From Chlorokybus atmophyticus (taxonomy: Eukaryota; Plantae; Mesostigma and Chlorokybus algae), in assembly GCA_009103225.1 (NCBI GenBank), contig RHPI01001412.1, positions 49,600 through 113,599 on the forward strand: a stretch of 64,000 nucleotides of DNA, given 5' to 3'. This document shows, in pieces, positions 23,761-35,110 of the stretch. Made by a program: the position numbers and the translations under genes. The notes beneath the pieces were generated by a model. The model was not told where the DNA came from. It worked only from the letters and a program-made list of their open reading frames with translations, and made no database searches. Every line of letters starts with the position of its first letter. The stretch's first letter is position 1.

Positions 23761-25783
23761 AGGTGAGAGAGAGGTAGTGAGGCAAGGAGCGTTAGGAGTT
23801 TGGAGCGGGTGATGCAGACACACATGTCTATGTGTGTGCACGCACACAGCTACCCACCCAAACGCACAGCAAAGCATGTGTGCACGCCATGCCACAACAA
23901 TACGCATGTGCACAATCATACATCAGGTGCAAACACACGCATGCATGCACGCAAGCGCGCGCGCTTGCGCGCACATGCTTTCATGCACAGGTGAACAGAC
24001 CCACCCCCTCCCCCCTCCTCCCAAAGAACTAACCATCCCTGCAGATTGCAGAGGTGACTGTGGCAAGTTCTGTGTAAGTCACTTGCTATGGAGCTCGCTG
24101 AGGCTGGCAAGACGACGGAGTCAAGAGATGTTGATAGTGAACAACAGCTCAGCTCCCATCCTCACAAGCAATTTGCTCATGTGCTCAAACCATTGACCAT
24201 GCGACTCCCTCGCGTGCGAATGTGCTGACGGCTGGGGCGGCGGGACTTTTCGCGGGGGCGCCATGGCTGTGGCGGAGCATACCTCTGTCTCAAGCCAGTG
24301 AGACACTGAGCGAGCTGATCTGGAAAAAGAGAGCGTTGGGAGCGTGCTGCACACCTGGAACATGGGCTTGATGCACTTACGATGATATTCAAGTGGAGAG
24401 GGCTGTCTTACACCACTGCCCGCATGGTATGTGCTGTGTGCGTGTGCATCCCCCNCCCCCCCTCCCTCTCTTCTTACACCCGCACCCGTGCCCGTGCGCA
24501 TGCATGCGGATGCGCACGAGCACACACGCTATGGACATACGCGCACGCGCACACGCACACGTGATGGACAGACAAAAGTTACATGCTGTAGGTGGAGTTG
24601 GCAAGGCATGAAGGCGATGCTGTCGCTGCATATGGGAGAAGTGCTCCGGAACACCGAGTCCACATCGGTGAGACGATGCAGGTACACAATCATTGGCTGC
24701 ACCCTGACTGCATGTCTGCTTGTGACATGCACACCCGTAAGGCTTTGTATACACACGTCATTGAGAAACAGATAATAAGTGTAGGACCATCGTACCGACT
24801 ATGTGGGGTGTACTCCCCTTGCAGCTGAAGTGCATATTGGCAAGGCGGAGATGCCGCAAGCATTGACAGAGCCAAGAGCAGGCGCGTGGCGTGAATGACG
24901 TGCAACAAAGGCTGCTTTGAACTATGTGAACTTTGTTTGATGTGATGTGCAACTGGTCGCATCTTGATTTGCACCTACTCGCTATGCTACTCCAGGACTG
25001 CACCAGGCAACGTGTGCCCAATTAGCCAATACGACCGCTAAGTTTTGGTTCAACTCACTATCGCCACTTGCATTGTATACAGATAATGCCTTGTATGCTA
25101 TGCACGATAAATGAGCATGTTGCTTATGAACTGCTGCCTGCAGGCCTTCGCATCACATACAATCACTGTACTGTTATTGCCTTTGCAATCACGAGTGCCT
25201 TGTAGTCGCGCTAGAAATGCAACAGTTAGCGTAAGCAACCTTCTTCTGTAACTTTGCGCGTGCAGATGAAGGGTGACACACAAAACATGTCGTGCAATAG
25301 TGTGGTTGTCGACACCTACCAAATCTTACTTGACTTCAGGGAAGCACACGCGCGTGGACACACAGACATGCATGCGCACGCAGGGGAGTGTCGCGCCCAG
25401 GGGAACTCATCTTGGGCAAGTTCTGTGTGGCGAGGTGTGCTCTTGCAAACTAACAAGCCCTTTTACCTGCTTGAATGCAAGAAGATGCATACAGAGCCAG
25501 ACTGGATCAGCGACCAATGCTCCACCACACTCTGCACAATCAACTATGTACGTACAATTAATAATTTGCCTTGCGCTGTACCAACAAGGCATTGCCTGGC
25601 CTAATTTACAAATATGCAACTAGTTACAATGCCTGGGCAAACCAATCAATATAAACAGTGCTTGTCGACACAATATGCACCTAGGGCAGCAACTGTATTT
25701 GTATGTACAAGGGATGTCCTGCCCGTTGCAAATGAGCGAGCTGCTCAGATATCTTGGTTTAAGCAGTTCCCGATTGCTTCGAG

Positions 25784-27049
25784 TTAGCCGAAAGCAAACC
25801 GGCAACTGTTGAGAACATTCTGCGCGTTGAAGCGGACGATAGTCAGCGACTGTCGGTCTTTCACGCGGTGCAGTCTCAGTGTCGTCGGGTTGTAAGCCAT
25901 GCGAACCGTGTCCATGTCCCCCAACGACAGGCCCTGTGGTGCCACGTTTGCCGTGTGCTCGTTGGGCAGCGCTTCCATTCGCAGCGAGGTCAAGCTGCTG
26001 TAGCTATTGGCCATCATAGCAAGCGCCATGGGGATGGTGGTTGCCACGTGGGTGGGAACAGGTTGTCCATCGAGCATGCTGCGTGCAGACTCTTCACTGC
26101 CAAACATCAATGCCGCCATACCGGTGCCGCTGCTGGCATGAGCTCCACACCAATTCGTGATGCACCACAACGGAACTTGGCTCGCTGACGTGCTCAGGAC
26201 TGTGGGCAGCGCAATGCCGTTCGTGTCGCGTCCGGATGTGAGCATGATGTAGTCTTCTTGTGGCCTTGGTAACAACAATCCCGCAGGCACCTTATGCAAA
26301 CATGCATTTAAGCGCAACACATCTTGGCGCACAGTGCTTCCAATGTGTTCCTTGCAACTGTTTCCGTCCCAGACATATTGCTCAAGTGTGCCGTAACCAC
26401 TACTGCCATGGATTCTTGCCACACTTACAATGGAAGGGTCGTCACCCGCCCCAGCAAAGTCAGCAACCATATTGTCCACCCAGCTTGCCAGCTCCCGAAT
26501 ATCCATCATTGGAGTGGTAACGTCAATGTGATACTTGCGCGTGAACATGTGGGTGCGCTGGTCATGCAGAGTCAGCCGGCGGTGCCAGAGCGCAGACCAA
26601 GGCACGGTGCATGCCACCCCACCGAATCTTGAAGGAGATGTGAAAGTGAAAGCCCCACTCGCCAGAAGTGCTGCCCAGCGGCTTTGTCCAACAATAGGCT
26701 GCGCTCGAGCCTCTAGCTGATAGCGGTTCAACCCTCCAAACGCAACAACCTCATTGAACACGGGCAGTGGCACTTTTGGTCCCTCCTTCCGCTCTGCTGT
26801 CACCAAATTCTTCCGCAACAGGTGTGCAAGGTCCTGGGAATGCTGAGCTTTCTTGGCAGCCGGCACGCGCAAATACTTCTTGAATTTACGCAATCGGTGA
26901 CGCATCAGCGCCCCGTCTTCAAGCATTCTCCCGCAACAGCAAACGGCAACTGGACTCTGCTGCCTCGCTGCGCAATAGCTGGCCTGCATGTACATGCCAT
27001 TGGTTATGGCCCCATGGCAACATTCCCAAGCCTCCCCTTTTCCCACCAA
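25784..27049 (-). CDS. Uncharacterised 421-codon open frame, probably a large terminal exon of an orphan gene
   Basis: Long stop-free frame with globular composition in an otherwise intron-dense region. Exon-like pieces with ag/gt borders lie upstream at 27300-28120. No family recognised. Confidence 0.5.
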   Translation of the reverse strand: MVGKGEAWECCHGAITNGMYMQASYCAARQQSPVAVCCCGRMLEDGALMRHRLRKFKKYLRVPAAKKAQHSQDLAHLLRKNLVTAERKEGPKVPLPVFNEVVAFGGLNRYQLEARAQPIVGQSRWAALLASGAFTFTSPSRFGGVACTVPWSALWHRRLTLHDQRTHMFTRKYHIDVTTPMMDIRELASWVDNMVADFAGAGDDPSIVSVARIHGSSGYGTLEQYVWDGNSCKEHIGSTVRQDVLRLNACLHKVPAGLLLPRPQEDYIMLTSGRDTNGIALPTVLSTSASQVPLWCITNWCGAHASSGTGMAALMFGSEESARSMLDGQPVPTHVATTIPMALAMMANSYSSLTSLRMEALPNEHTANVAPQGLSLGDMDTVRMAYNPTTLRLHRVKDRQSLTIVRFNAQNVLNSCRFAFG

Positions 27050-27059
27050 TGCACTTCAG

Positions 27060-28000
27060 TAGAATGACGTAACGATTGTCAAAATAGCACACATCATGTC
27101 AAGGCTGTCAGTCGTGGCAACCTACACGCGACTGACAGCCTCGCCGACGATGATAATCACGCCGCCGTCGACGACACACACGGGCATGCAACAACAAATG
27201 GCTCAAGACAAATCCAGCAATATTCCGTTGATGAGTGCATAAATCATGCGCATTCTTTTCATGAGTGGGTGAGAAAGTCCTGAAGGGGAGGGGGAGGGGG
27301 GCGTACCTGAGATGACCACCTCTCTTTACTCACTCTCCGCCAGCAGCTGCCCACCCACCAACCCAAGCACCACAGGCGAACCCTAGCAACAGAATGACGT
27401 AAGCATTGACACAGCACGCAGCAGGCCAGGGACTATGAGTGCACCATTGCACCAAGTAGTAGCTGCAGCAGGCATGTATTAAGCTACAGCAGTCAAAGCC
27501 CCATTGCTGCATTTAAGGGTGGGTGGATGGTGGGTGGGTGGGTGGGCAAATTACGCAAACGTCGCTCCATAAAGTCATGCAACAACTGGCATGAGAAAGG
27601 AGCGAGCAGGATTCCGCTCATGAGTGCATGAACGGTGCTCACTCGTTCCATGAGTGGGTGGCAAAGCCCTGGGAGGGGGACGTATCTGAAATGACCAGCT
27701 CTTTTGTATTCACTCTCCGCCAGCAGCTGCCCGCCCACCAACCCAAGCGCCACAGGCGAGCCCTAGCAACATAATGACGTAAGAGTTTGTCAACATAGCA
27801 CGCAGCAGGCCAAGGACGATGAGCCACATTGCACCAAATAGTAGCTGCAGCAGGCATAAGATCAAGCTACAGCAGCAGTCAGAGCCCCCAAATGCTGCAA
27901 GCAAGGGTGAGTGGGTGGGCGTACCTGAATGAACCACCCCTCTTTATCCACTCTCCACCACCACCAACTCCAGCGCCACAGGCGAGCTCTAGCGCCTTCC
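27060..28000. repeat. Imperfect tandem duplication: two ~200-370 bp units plus partial copies
   Basis: cactctccgccagcagctgccc.cccaccaacccaagc.ccacaggcga.ccctagcaaca.aatgacgtaag... at ~27331 and ~27711; partial copies at ~27950 and ~27060. Confidence 0.8.
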
Positions 28001-30084
28001 TTACAACGGAGGACTGCACCGACGACACCGGCAAGCACCAAGCTTAGCAGGAAGAGAAAGAGTGGACCCACCATGCTGCTGCTCCCGCCCTTCCGTCGCC
28101 TGATCTGCTCACAACAACACTGACTAGCTGGATACAGGGCACGGTAACGTGAACGAAATGCCGATCGAGTTTGACGACAGTACACAAGACAAACCTACCC
28201 TGAGCCGTGGGAAAATGTGACAAATGGTAATGGGCGGCATTGCAATGTAATTTATTAGGCCTAAGTAATATAACCATGGCTCGGCGGCCAAAGCGGGGCC
28301 GTCGCGGGCAGTGACAATTCGTGACTCACACGAATCGTGAGTACCGGTAGTTCCCGACTGTGACATGAGTGACACGCAGGAGCGGGACTAGGGCAAAGCC
28401 TCATGTCCTTGAGTTGTCCGGGTCGCTGGCCGGCTATTCAGGTCTGCGCCGACGTGGAGGTTTTGGACGTTGAGAGTCTACGGTGACCGCTGTTGTTGAC
28501 CGTGCACGAGAATGCGCGGACCGGTGTGGTTTGTCGGTGCTGATCCGCGTGACCACGCCAGACTACGAGCACATTTGTCGGCGGTCGTAAAAGCGGCTAA
28601 CAGTTGGGATCCATTGATGAGCATGTTACATTGCCGCCGTCAGCGTCGACATAGGTAGCCTGTCATAACCCTGTCAGGCACTGCCTATACAAATCCCAAC
28701 AGTCGGTCGATGCCGACTCGCTGGACCCACCACACCAATATCCACGCCGACTCAGCGCCGGTCACCGATGACCGCGCTACTAGCGCAGACCCGGACAACG
28801 CAAGGACTGGCCATGTTGAGGGCTTTGCCCCTAAGCTGTAGGGTACATGTATAAATGGCACGTGCTGCTACCAGCATGATGATTGCGTGCACCGGCTGCA
28901 TGAGCGTGTCCACGTCGTCAAGCTGCCCTACGAGCGTCAATGCAAACATGCAATCACGGAGATCCGGATTGGCAGTGTAGGGGGCACGGTGCAGGTGTAG
29001 GGTAGTGTCCACCGCCCGACTGGACAAAGCCTGCACTGCAGTAGGCATGCCCAGCGTCACGTGCACAGTTCGTTTGCCATCTTCCCGCCCTTTTTTACTG
29101 CACGCACAGCCTAACGTAATGAGCCAGAATTAACGGTGCTGAAGGTTAATAATGTTACTACTGCCGTTGTATACGAATGCAACCTGCCATGTCTCCGTGC
29201 TGCTCCTGCGGCGGCGGCGGCGGCGGCGGCGATGTCCCACTGAAGGTGACGGTCGTGGCGTGCCTTAGTGGCAGAGACGTCGCTTGCTCACTGTTATGCT
29301 TGTTGTGTCTCGGCTGGTCCTGACGGGTTCTTCTGCCTTCAGCTGGCCTTGCCGTGAGGTTAGCGGTGCCTGCTTGCTGTTTGGGCTTGCTGCAGCTGTC
29401 TAACACCTGCCCATGCGTGTTTGGTGTGTCATAGTCATCTTCTGGGAGGTAAATGTATGGAAGGACGCAGTTTTCAAGATATGCCATACATACATCTTCT
29501 CGGCAGGCATGCACTAGTTGCTTGCAAGGTTGCATTGATTTGAAAACTCAGCCTTAAAGCTATGTTCATGCCTGTAAACTTGACGTGCATACCGCTCGTT
29601 GTACTTCAACTGGTGCCTGCTTTAATATAAGACCAGCCTGTCTGAGATGCCATGAGACTGGCATAGTGGATGAGTCATGCTACATTGTTCGCCTCGTGTA
29701 ACCAGAGCTTGCTTTCAAGTCCCTGCATATGCAATATCTGTTGCGTACATCGCTCTTCCTGACTGCAGGCTCAAGCGCTGTAAAAATGGTGCTGATAATG
29801 TGATGGTGCGTAGAAGCAGTGCTCTGCAACAAGACTGGCGCATGCATAGCCAGCTTGTCGTTGCAGAGCGCTGCCTTCAACGATGTCAACCCCTTTTGGT
29901 GTCGACACGGTACAACTTAACTGCGTGAACAACACAGGAAACACACCACACAAAGCTACATGACATAACAGGTGAACAGTGCTGTAGCCCAACTTTTGTG
30001 TCATGTGTTTATGGAAACAGATGTCATGTCTGTTTGTGACCTACTTTGCATGTTGCAGCTCACCTTTGACGCTGCAGTGGTAGA

Positions 30085-30900
30085 GATGAAGTGGAAGAAC
30101 CAGAGCTACGAAATTAATGTTCAGCTTGTGGACCCACACTCTGGCCACGCATACCCTGAGGTCACGAATGAAGGCAAAACATATGTCATCGGGTCCCCGG
30201 GAGCCAGCTTTGAGATTGAATGCTGTGGTAACGCATTGAAGCGGTACAGACAGACTAGCGAGCCGGTGCTTATGGAGATGTGCATCGACGGCAAGCTGCT
30301 TTCTTACATCGACACGAGCTTTGATGGCATGCCGGTGGTATTTCCCGGCTGGAAGACAGCTGCAGATTTTTTTGAGTTCCGACACTTGTCTTTGCTCCAC
30401 CCAATGCAGCTGCCTTGGATGAAGCTAGTGACACAAGTGCGGGCTCAGTGGAAATAGCCTGCTTCGTGGAGGTCGAGGCAACTCCTTGTCCAGTGTCTCC
30501 GCGTGTAGACAAGATGGCCGCAAAGAGTGTGGAAAAGCTTTAGGGAAGTAATTTTTTGCAAGTCCCTCACTTGTCGCCACTGCTGGAGACAAGATTGCCC
30601 TCAAACCAACGGATCAGGCTTGCGACGCAGCATTCGGACGCAGTCTGGAATCGTACACGCTCTTCATGGAGATGGCGGAGGTGTTGTTGTTACGGGGCGT
30701 GTTGTCGCGTGCCAGCCCAGAGCACGCGAAGCTGCTGCCGGCGGCTTTGCGGGAGGGCAGCGTGGCCTCCTGAGTTGCAAACAATACTTGGGTGAAGGTG
30801 GAGGTGTCCGCGAGGCGGCGTCTACACGATGACCGAGTAGTTGACCTGACTGGTGATGATGATGAAGATATTCCAGCCTGGACAGCTCCCAAGAAGGTCA
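30085..30900 (+). pseudogene. DUF7918-like gene with a frameshift and an in-frame stop
   Basis: MKWKNQSYEINVQLVDP...YPEV...GKTYVIGSPGASFEI...IDGK...FPGW...FEFR. The coding-like sequence continues only in another frame (LVFAPPNAA...GSVEI...KSVEKL*GSNF), implying a frameshift near 30385 and a TAG at ~30541. The family call is recalled, not searched. Confidence 0.5.
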
Positions 30901-31690
30901 AGCCAGAACGGGTTGAGATAGTTGAGCTTTAGCGGCCTGCACACCACGAGTGCTTGTATACATAAGGTCCGATTCCTGCTAGCTATTCAATCCTTGCAAA
31001 GTACATACAAACCAGTCAACCGTTGTCGTTTGCGAGAAGAGCATGTCTAGTCCAGGCCTAGTGTGGCCCAGTGTAGAATGAACCCATGTCTGTGCGAGCA
31101 CAGCATCTGCATGTTAATGCTGTTGATTATTACATAAGGCGTAACTTATGTCTCGCACTGGTAAACTCTCTATGCCTTCACTTGCCCGCACACAAGAGCA
31201 TAGTGATACATATTTGTGGAGGATGCAAACTGCTCATGTTGTCAAACATCACAGCAGAAACATCTTCTTGCAGCCTATTACGACGTCGCACTTGACTGGC
31301 AGCATTCAACAGTTGTGCACACATCAGAGTCTTATATCAAGACAAGAAACAACTCTGTGCTGAGAATGTTAGTCGCTGAATGGGTGCTGGTTTCAAGTCG
31401 TTACAAGATGTTGCCAGTTACTAACATACATTCCCTTAAATAAGGCTGGTGCATGCCCCTTGCACCGACCAGCGTGCCGACCAGCATACGCTACACTTCA
31501 TGACAGTTCAGGTCGCTAATAGGCCTCAAGCAGCAACTTAACTCAGCTCAACACATCTCCCCCGGACCATCGATGGCTTCTTTACAGCATGCTCAATGCA
31601 AACGCACTGTGTGCTGGCATTGACCTTGAAGCAACAACAACTGGCAAGATTGCCCGACAAAACTGTGGCCTTGAAACCCGTCTACAAAAG

Positions 31691-34600
31691 TTACGACGAC
31701 AATGTCCTAAAGACGTCAAAGTATGTGGGAAATGTTTTCCTTACGCAGCCGGGGTCGAGAATCTTGACTCCATCTGTCCCGCAGGAAGCGAGCGAGAAAG
31801 CCATAGCCATGCGATGATCATCGTAAGTCTCAATCTCTGCGGGCTGCAGGCTCTTTGGAGGCGTGATCACACAGTAGTCAAAGCCCTCTTCAACGTCGGC
31901 ACCCAACTGAACAGAATGCATTGTAAGCAAATAGACATCCAACATATGCTGTACGCGGTTGATGGAAGCAACACAAACATCTTCAGACAAACCTTGCGCA
32001 GTTCTGTGACAATGGCATGCATGCGCTCAGTCTCCTTCACTCGCCAATTCGCCACTGCACAAACACCACACAGCACAACATAAGCGGTGACAACAGAGCT
32101 CCAACATGATGCCTCCAGCAACATACACTTCATGACATGACATGACATGACATGAAGTCATGGTATCATTGATGCATGACTCACCATTTCGTATTGCTGT
32201 GGGCCCAGTTGCATACAGGGCCGCCACAGCCAGAGTCATGGCCGCATCCGGCATGGCATTCATGTCCACGTCAATGCCGCGCAGGCTTCCAGCACTTGGC
32301 CCGGTCACCGTCACGCTGTTTGGGGTCCAATCGACTCGAGCGCCCATTTGCTCCAACACACGTGCAAAGTTCACATCGCCCTGCACTGCCATATCAGTAC
32401 TAGCTGAAAAATGTGTAGATGTAAGAAGAGGGGTAATGTTGTATGCAAGTAAATTTGAATGGCCAGTTGAGTACCTGCAGACTGTCAGAACCGCATCCTT
32501 GCACGGTGACGGTTGAGCCTGTGATGGCTGCGCCAGCGAGGAAATAGGAAGCGCTGCTGGCATCCCCCTCCACAAAGGCATTGCCAGTGCTCTTGTACCT
32601 CTGCACATAGACGGCACTTGGTCATATGATTGTTGCTAGCACTTGATGCATGCTGATGCGTCAGCGCAACAACCATTGCTTCGCAGGTACCTTATGACAC
32701 ATACCTGACCAGCGGCGACCCTGAAGTGGTCCCAGGTGCCATCATGATCCACCTGCAGACAGATTGCGATGCTGAGGTGCTTGCAATGCATGGAGCTGAT
32801 CCTGTGTAGCCCACATACATCAGATGGAGACATGAGGCCACGGTGTCGCGCACCTTCACTCCAAAGCGCTTCATAAGCTTGATGGTCATATCTACATATG
32901 GCACAGACACCAACTTGTCCGTCATCTGTAGAGCAAGCCCACAAGGATGAGTGCAGCGCCAGCAACAACCAAAATTGTATAATCATAACAACAGATACTC
33001 CTGATGTTGTATCTCATGTAATAACAACAGAGAACTGCTTGGCCAACTAACGCAAACACCAAACTAACAAACAGTCTGCATCTGTCATATCCTTTTTGGA
33101 ATGGTGTCAACGAGGCCACTAGCATAGAACTTCTTGTTCAGAACAATTGCCCATTACGGCTATACACTCGCAGCCATCTCACGCTGTTTCGCCAAATCAA
33201 GCACATGCCACGAGAATATTGAACAGCGCACATGCCCACTCAAGCAACCCATACCACAACCACACAAGCCAAACACAGCAGCTAAGCGACCAACGGCCAA
33301 TAGCGCAATGAATTTCTGAACTTGCCTGGATATGGACATCGGAGTCTGCAAAGGGGCTAGCCAGCAGCAGTGCAGTGAGATACTGGCTGCTGATGGCACC
33401 ACTGAGTCTACATTCGCCACCCTTCAACGAACCTGTAGCGTGGACAGCCACTGGAGGACACCTCGTGCCAAGCGAACACGTGGCCTGCACAGCAAATGCT
33501 GCACTGAGGGTGCATGGGAGTAGTTGTGCAGCGTACACGAAGCGTGCATCACTTACCTCTGCACCAAGCTGCGTCAAGCCATCAACAAGGTCTTGTATGG
33601 GTCGTTCTCGCATGCGCGCAACACCTGCAGAGATTAACACAATGTCATAGAGCACTCTGTACACGGGTTGGTTTGAACTGGTGATCTAGATAGCAGCATG
33701 CTGTGCACTCAACAACTCTGGCATTCAAGAAGCATGCTGTTGCATGCATTCCATAGCTCTAAACCGAGATGGTGACAAGAAGGACTGCGAGATTGTGTAA
33801 ATATGTACGCATAACTGATAGGTTGCTGAAGCGGGGCAGAAAAGCTTAAGCATGAGTAGTAGTGCATGCATGCATCCTCGTCCCGTAATGCATGTGCTAT
33901 GGAAACCAGTTGTGATATGCATGCGTGTGCGCGGGCCATGCTTTGAGTGAAAGTCACTGATCCTGCATTCTGCATAATCACAAGGCAACACCATTGCAAC
34001 CTGCTCACCGTCCATAACAAAGTGGCCTTGCCCGCAGGCCGCAACAGCTGCCGTTAGCGGTCGCATGGCGGTGCCAGCATTGCCGAGAAACAAAACGAGA
34101 GGATCATCTGCATTGGCACCACCCTTCACAGGAAACACACCGCCGCAGCCCTCCACTGTCGCCAAGTTTGCCGCCCTGTCCTCATCAACACGCAGGCCCA
34201 GCGTGTGCAGCGCCTGAACCATGTACCTGTCCTGACGGGCCAGTTCAGTGCTTAGCTCTAAAAGCAAGCGACTGCATGCTGCTTTATATTATGTCGACAC
34301 AAAGCGAGCAATGCCCATCCAGTAAGATGTCATTAATATTATCTACTACCACAGCTCGCGCTAGAAGCAGTCAAGCAGTGATCTGGAAGAAACTGCACGG
34401 CATTGAATGGATTTTCTGTGTGACTACAATGTGCATTACGCACACACTTATGGTGAGCATGGTGTCTGCAAGATTGACACACACATTGAGTCGCTGTGCG
34501 TGCATGTGCATTGTAACCGCGTGTTTTATAGATTACTGAAAGAATGACACGCAACGTCCTTGTGAGTGTATGCATTGCACAATGCCAGAAGCTTTCTGCA

Positions 34601-34947
34601 CAACAACCGCACTTGCATTGTGCAACCATGCATGGCTGGGAGTCCCAGCCAAGTATTCCCGCTCACCTCACGTCATCCGAGTCCAGCAAGTTCTCAACGC
34701 GCGTGGTACCCTGCGACAGCGCCGCCAGCAGCAGCAGCCTGTTGGACAGCGACTTGGAGCCTGGCAGGCGCACCTCGCCTTGCACACGGGTCACCCTGGG
34801 CAGGGCCAGGACATCCGTACCCGCAGCGGCAGCCGCCGTAACCACCACAGGCGCACATTGCTGACGCCTGCTGCTGACCCTGTGATCACGCCTCCTCGCT
34901 GGCAACCACAACGACGACCGCCCCACCGACACCGCCGCCGCCGCCAT
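31691..34947 (-). CDS. EPSPS: EPSP synthase (3-phosphoshikimate 1-carboxyvinyltransferase), plastid-targeted
   Basis: Transit peptide, then [99 protein letters not shown] and KTFPTYF over about ten exons; TAA at 31691. Confidence 0.97.
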
Positions 34948-35110
34948 CGTGGCCTTAACTTTCTAAATGCAAACTTGAGGCAATAGCCTAATTGCTAAAA
35001 GCCCTAACGCAGTTAGACTGTAATCTCGGTTTGTGTGTTCAGTTAGTTGCTGTGCAATAGTTGACTGCGCTTTGGTTAGTGTTGACGTGGGCGCAGCGTT
35101 GGTGGCGAGG

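Noticed and set aside
24040-25600. Exon-like fragments on the + strand, including an HCPHG motif reminiscent of KDZ transposases
   Set aside because: Every frame has stops, and the residues after CPHG do not fit the KDZ pattern.
28752-29535. Two minus-strand ORFs (104 and 125 aa) as one gene
   Set aside because: The obvious splice join gives an early stop, and no family was recognised; kept only as part of the duplication finding.
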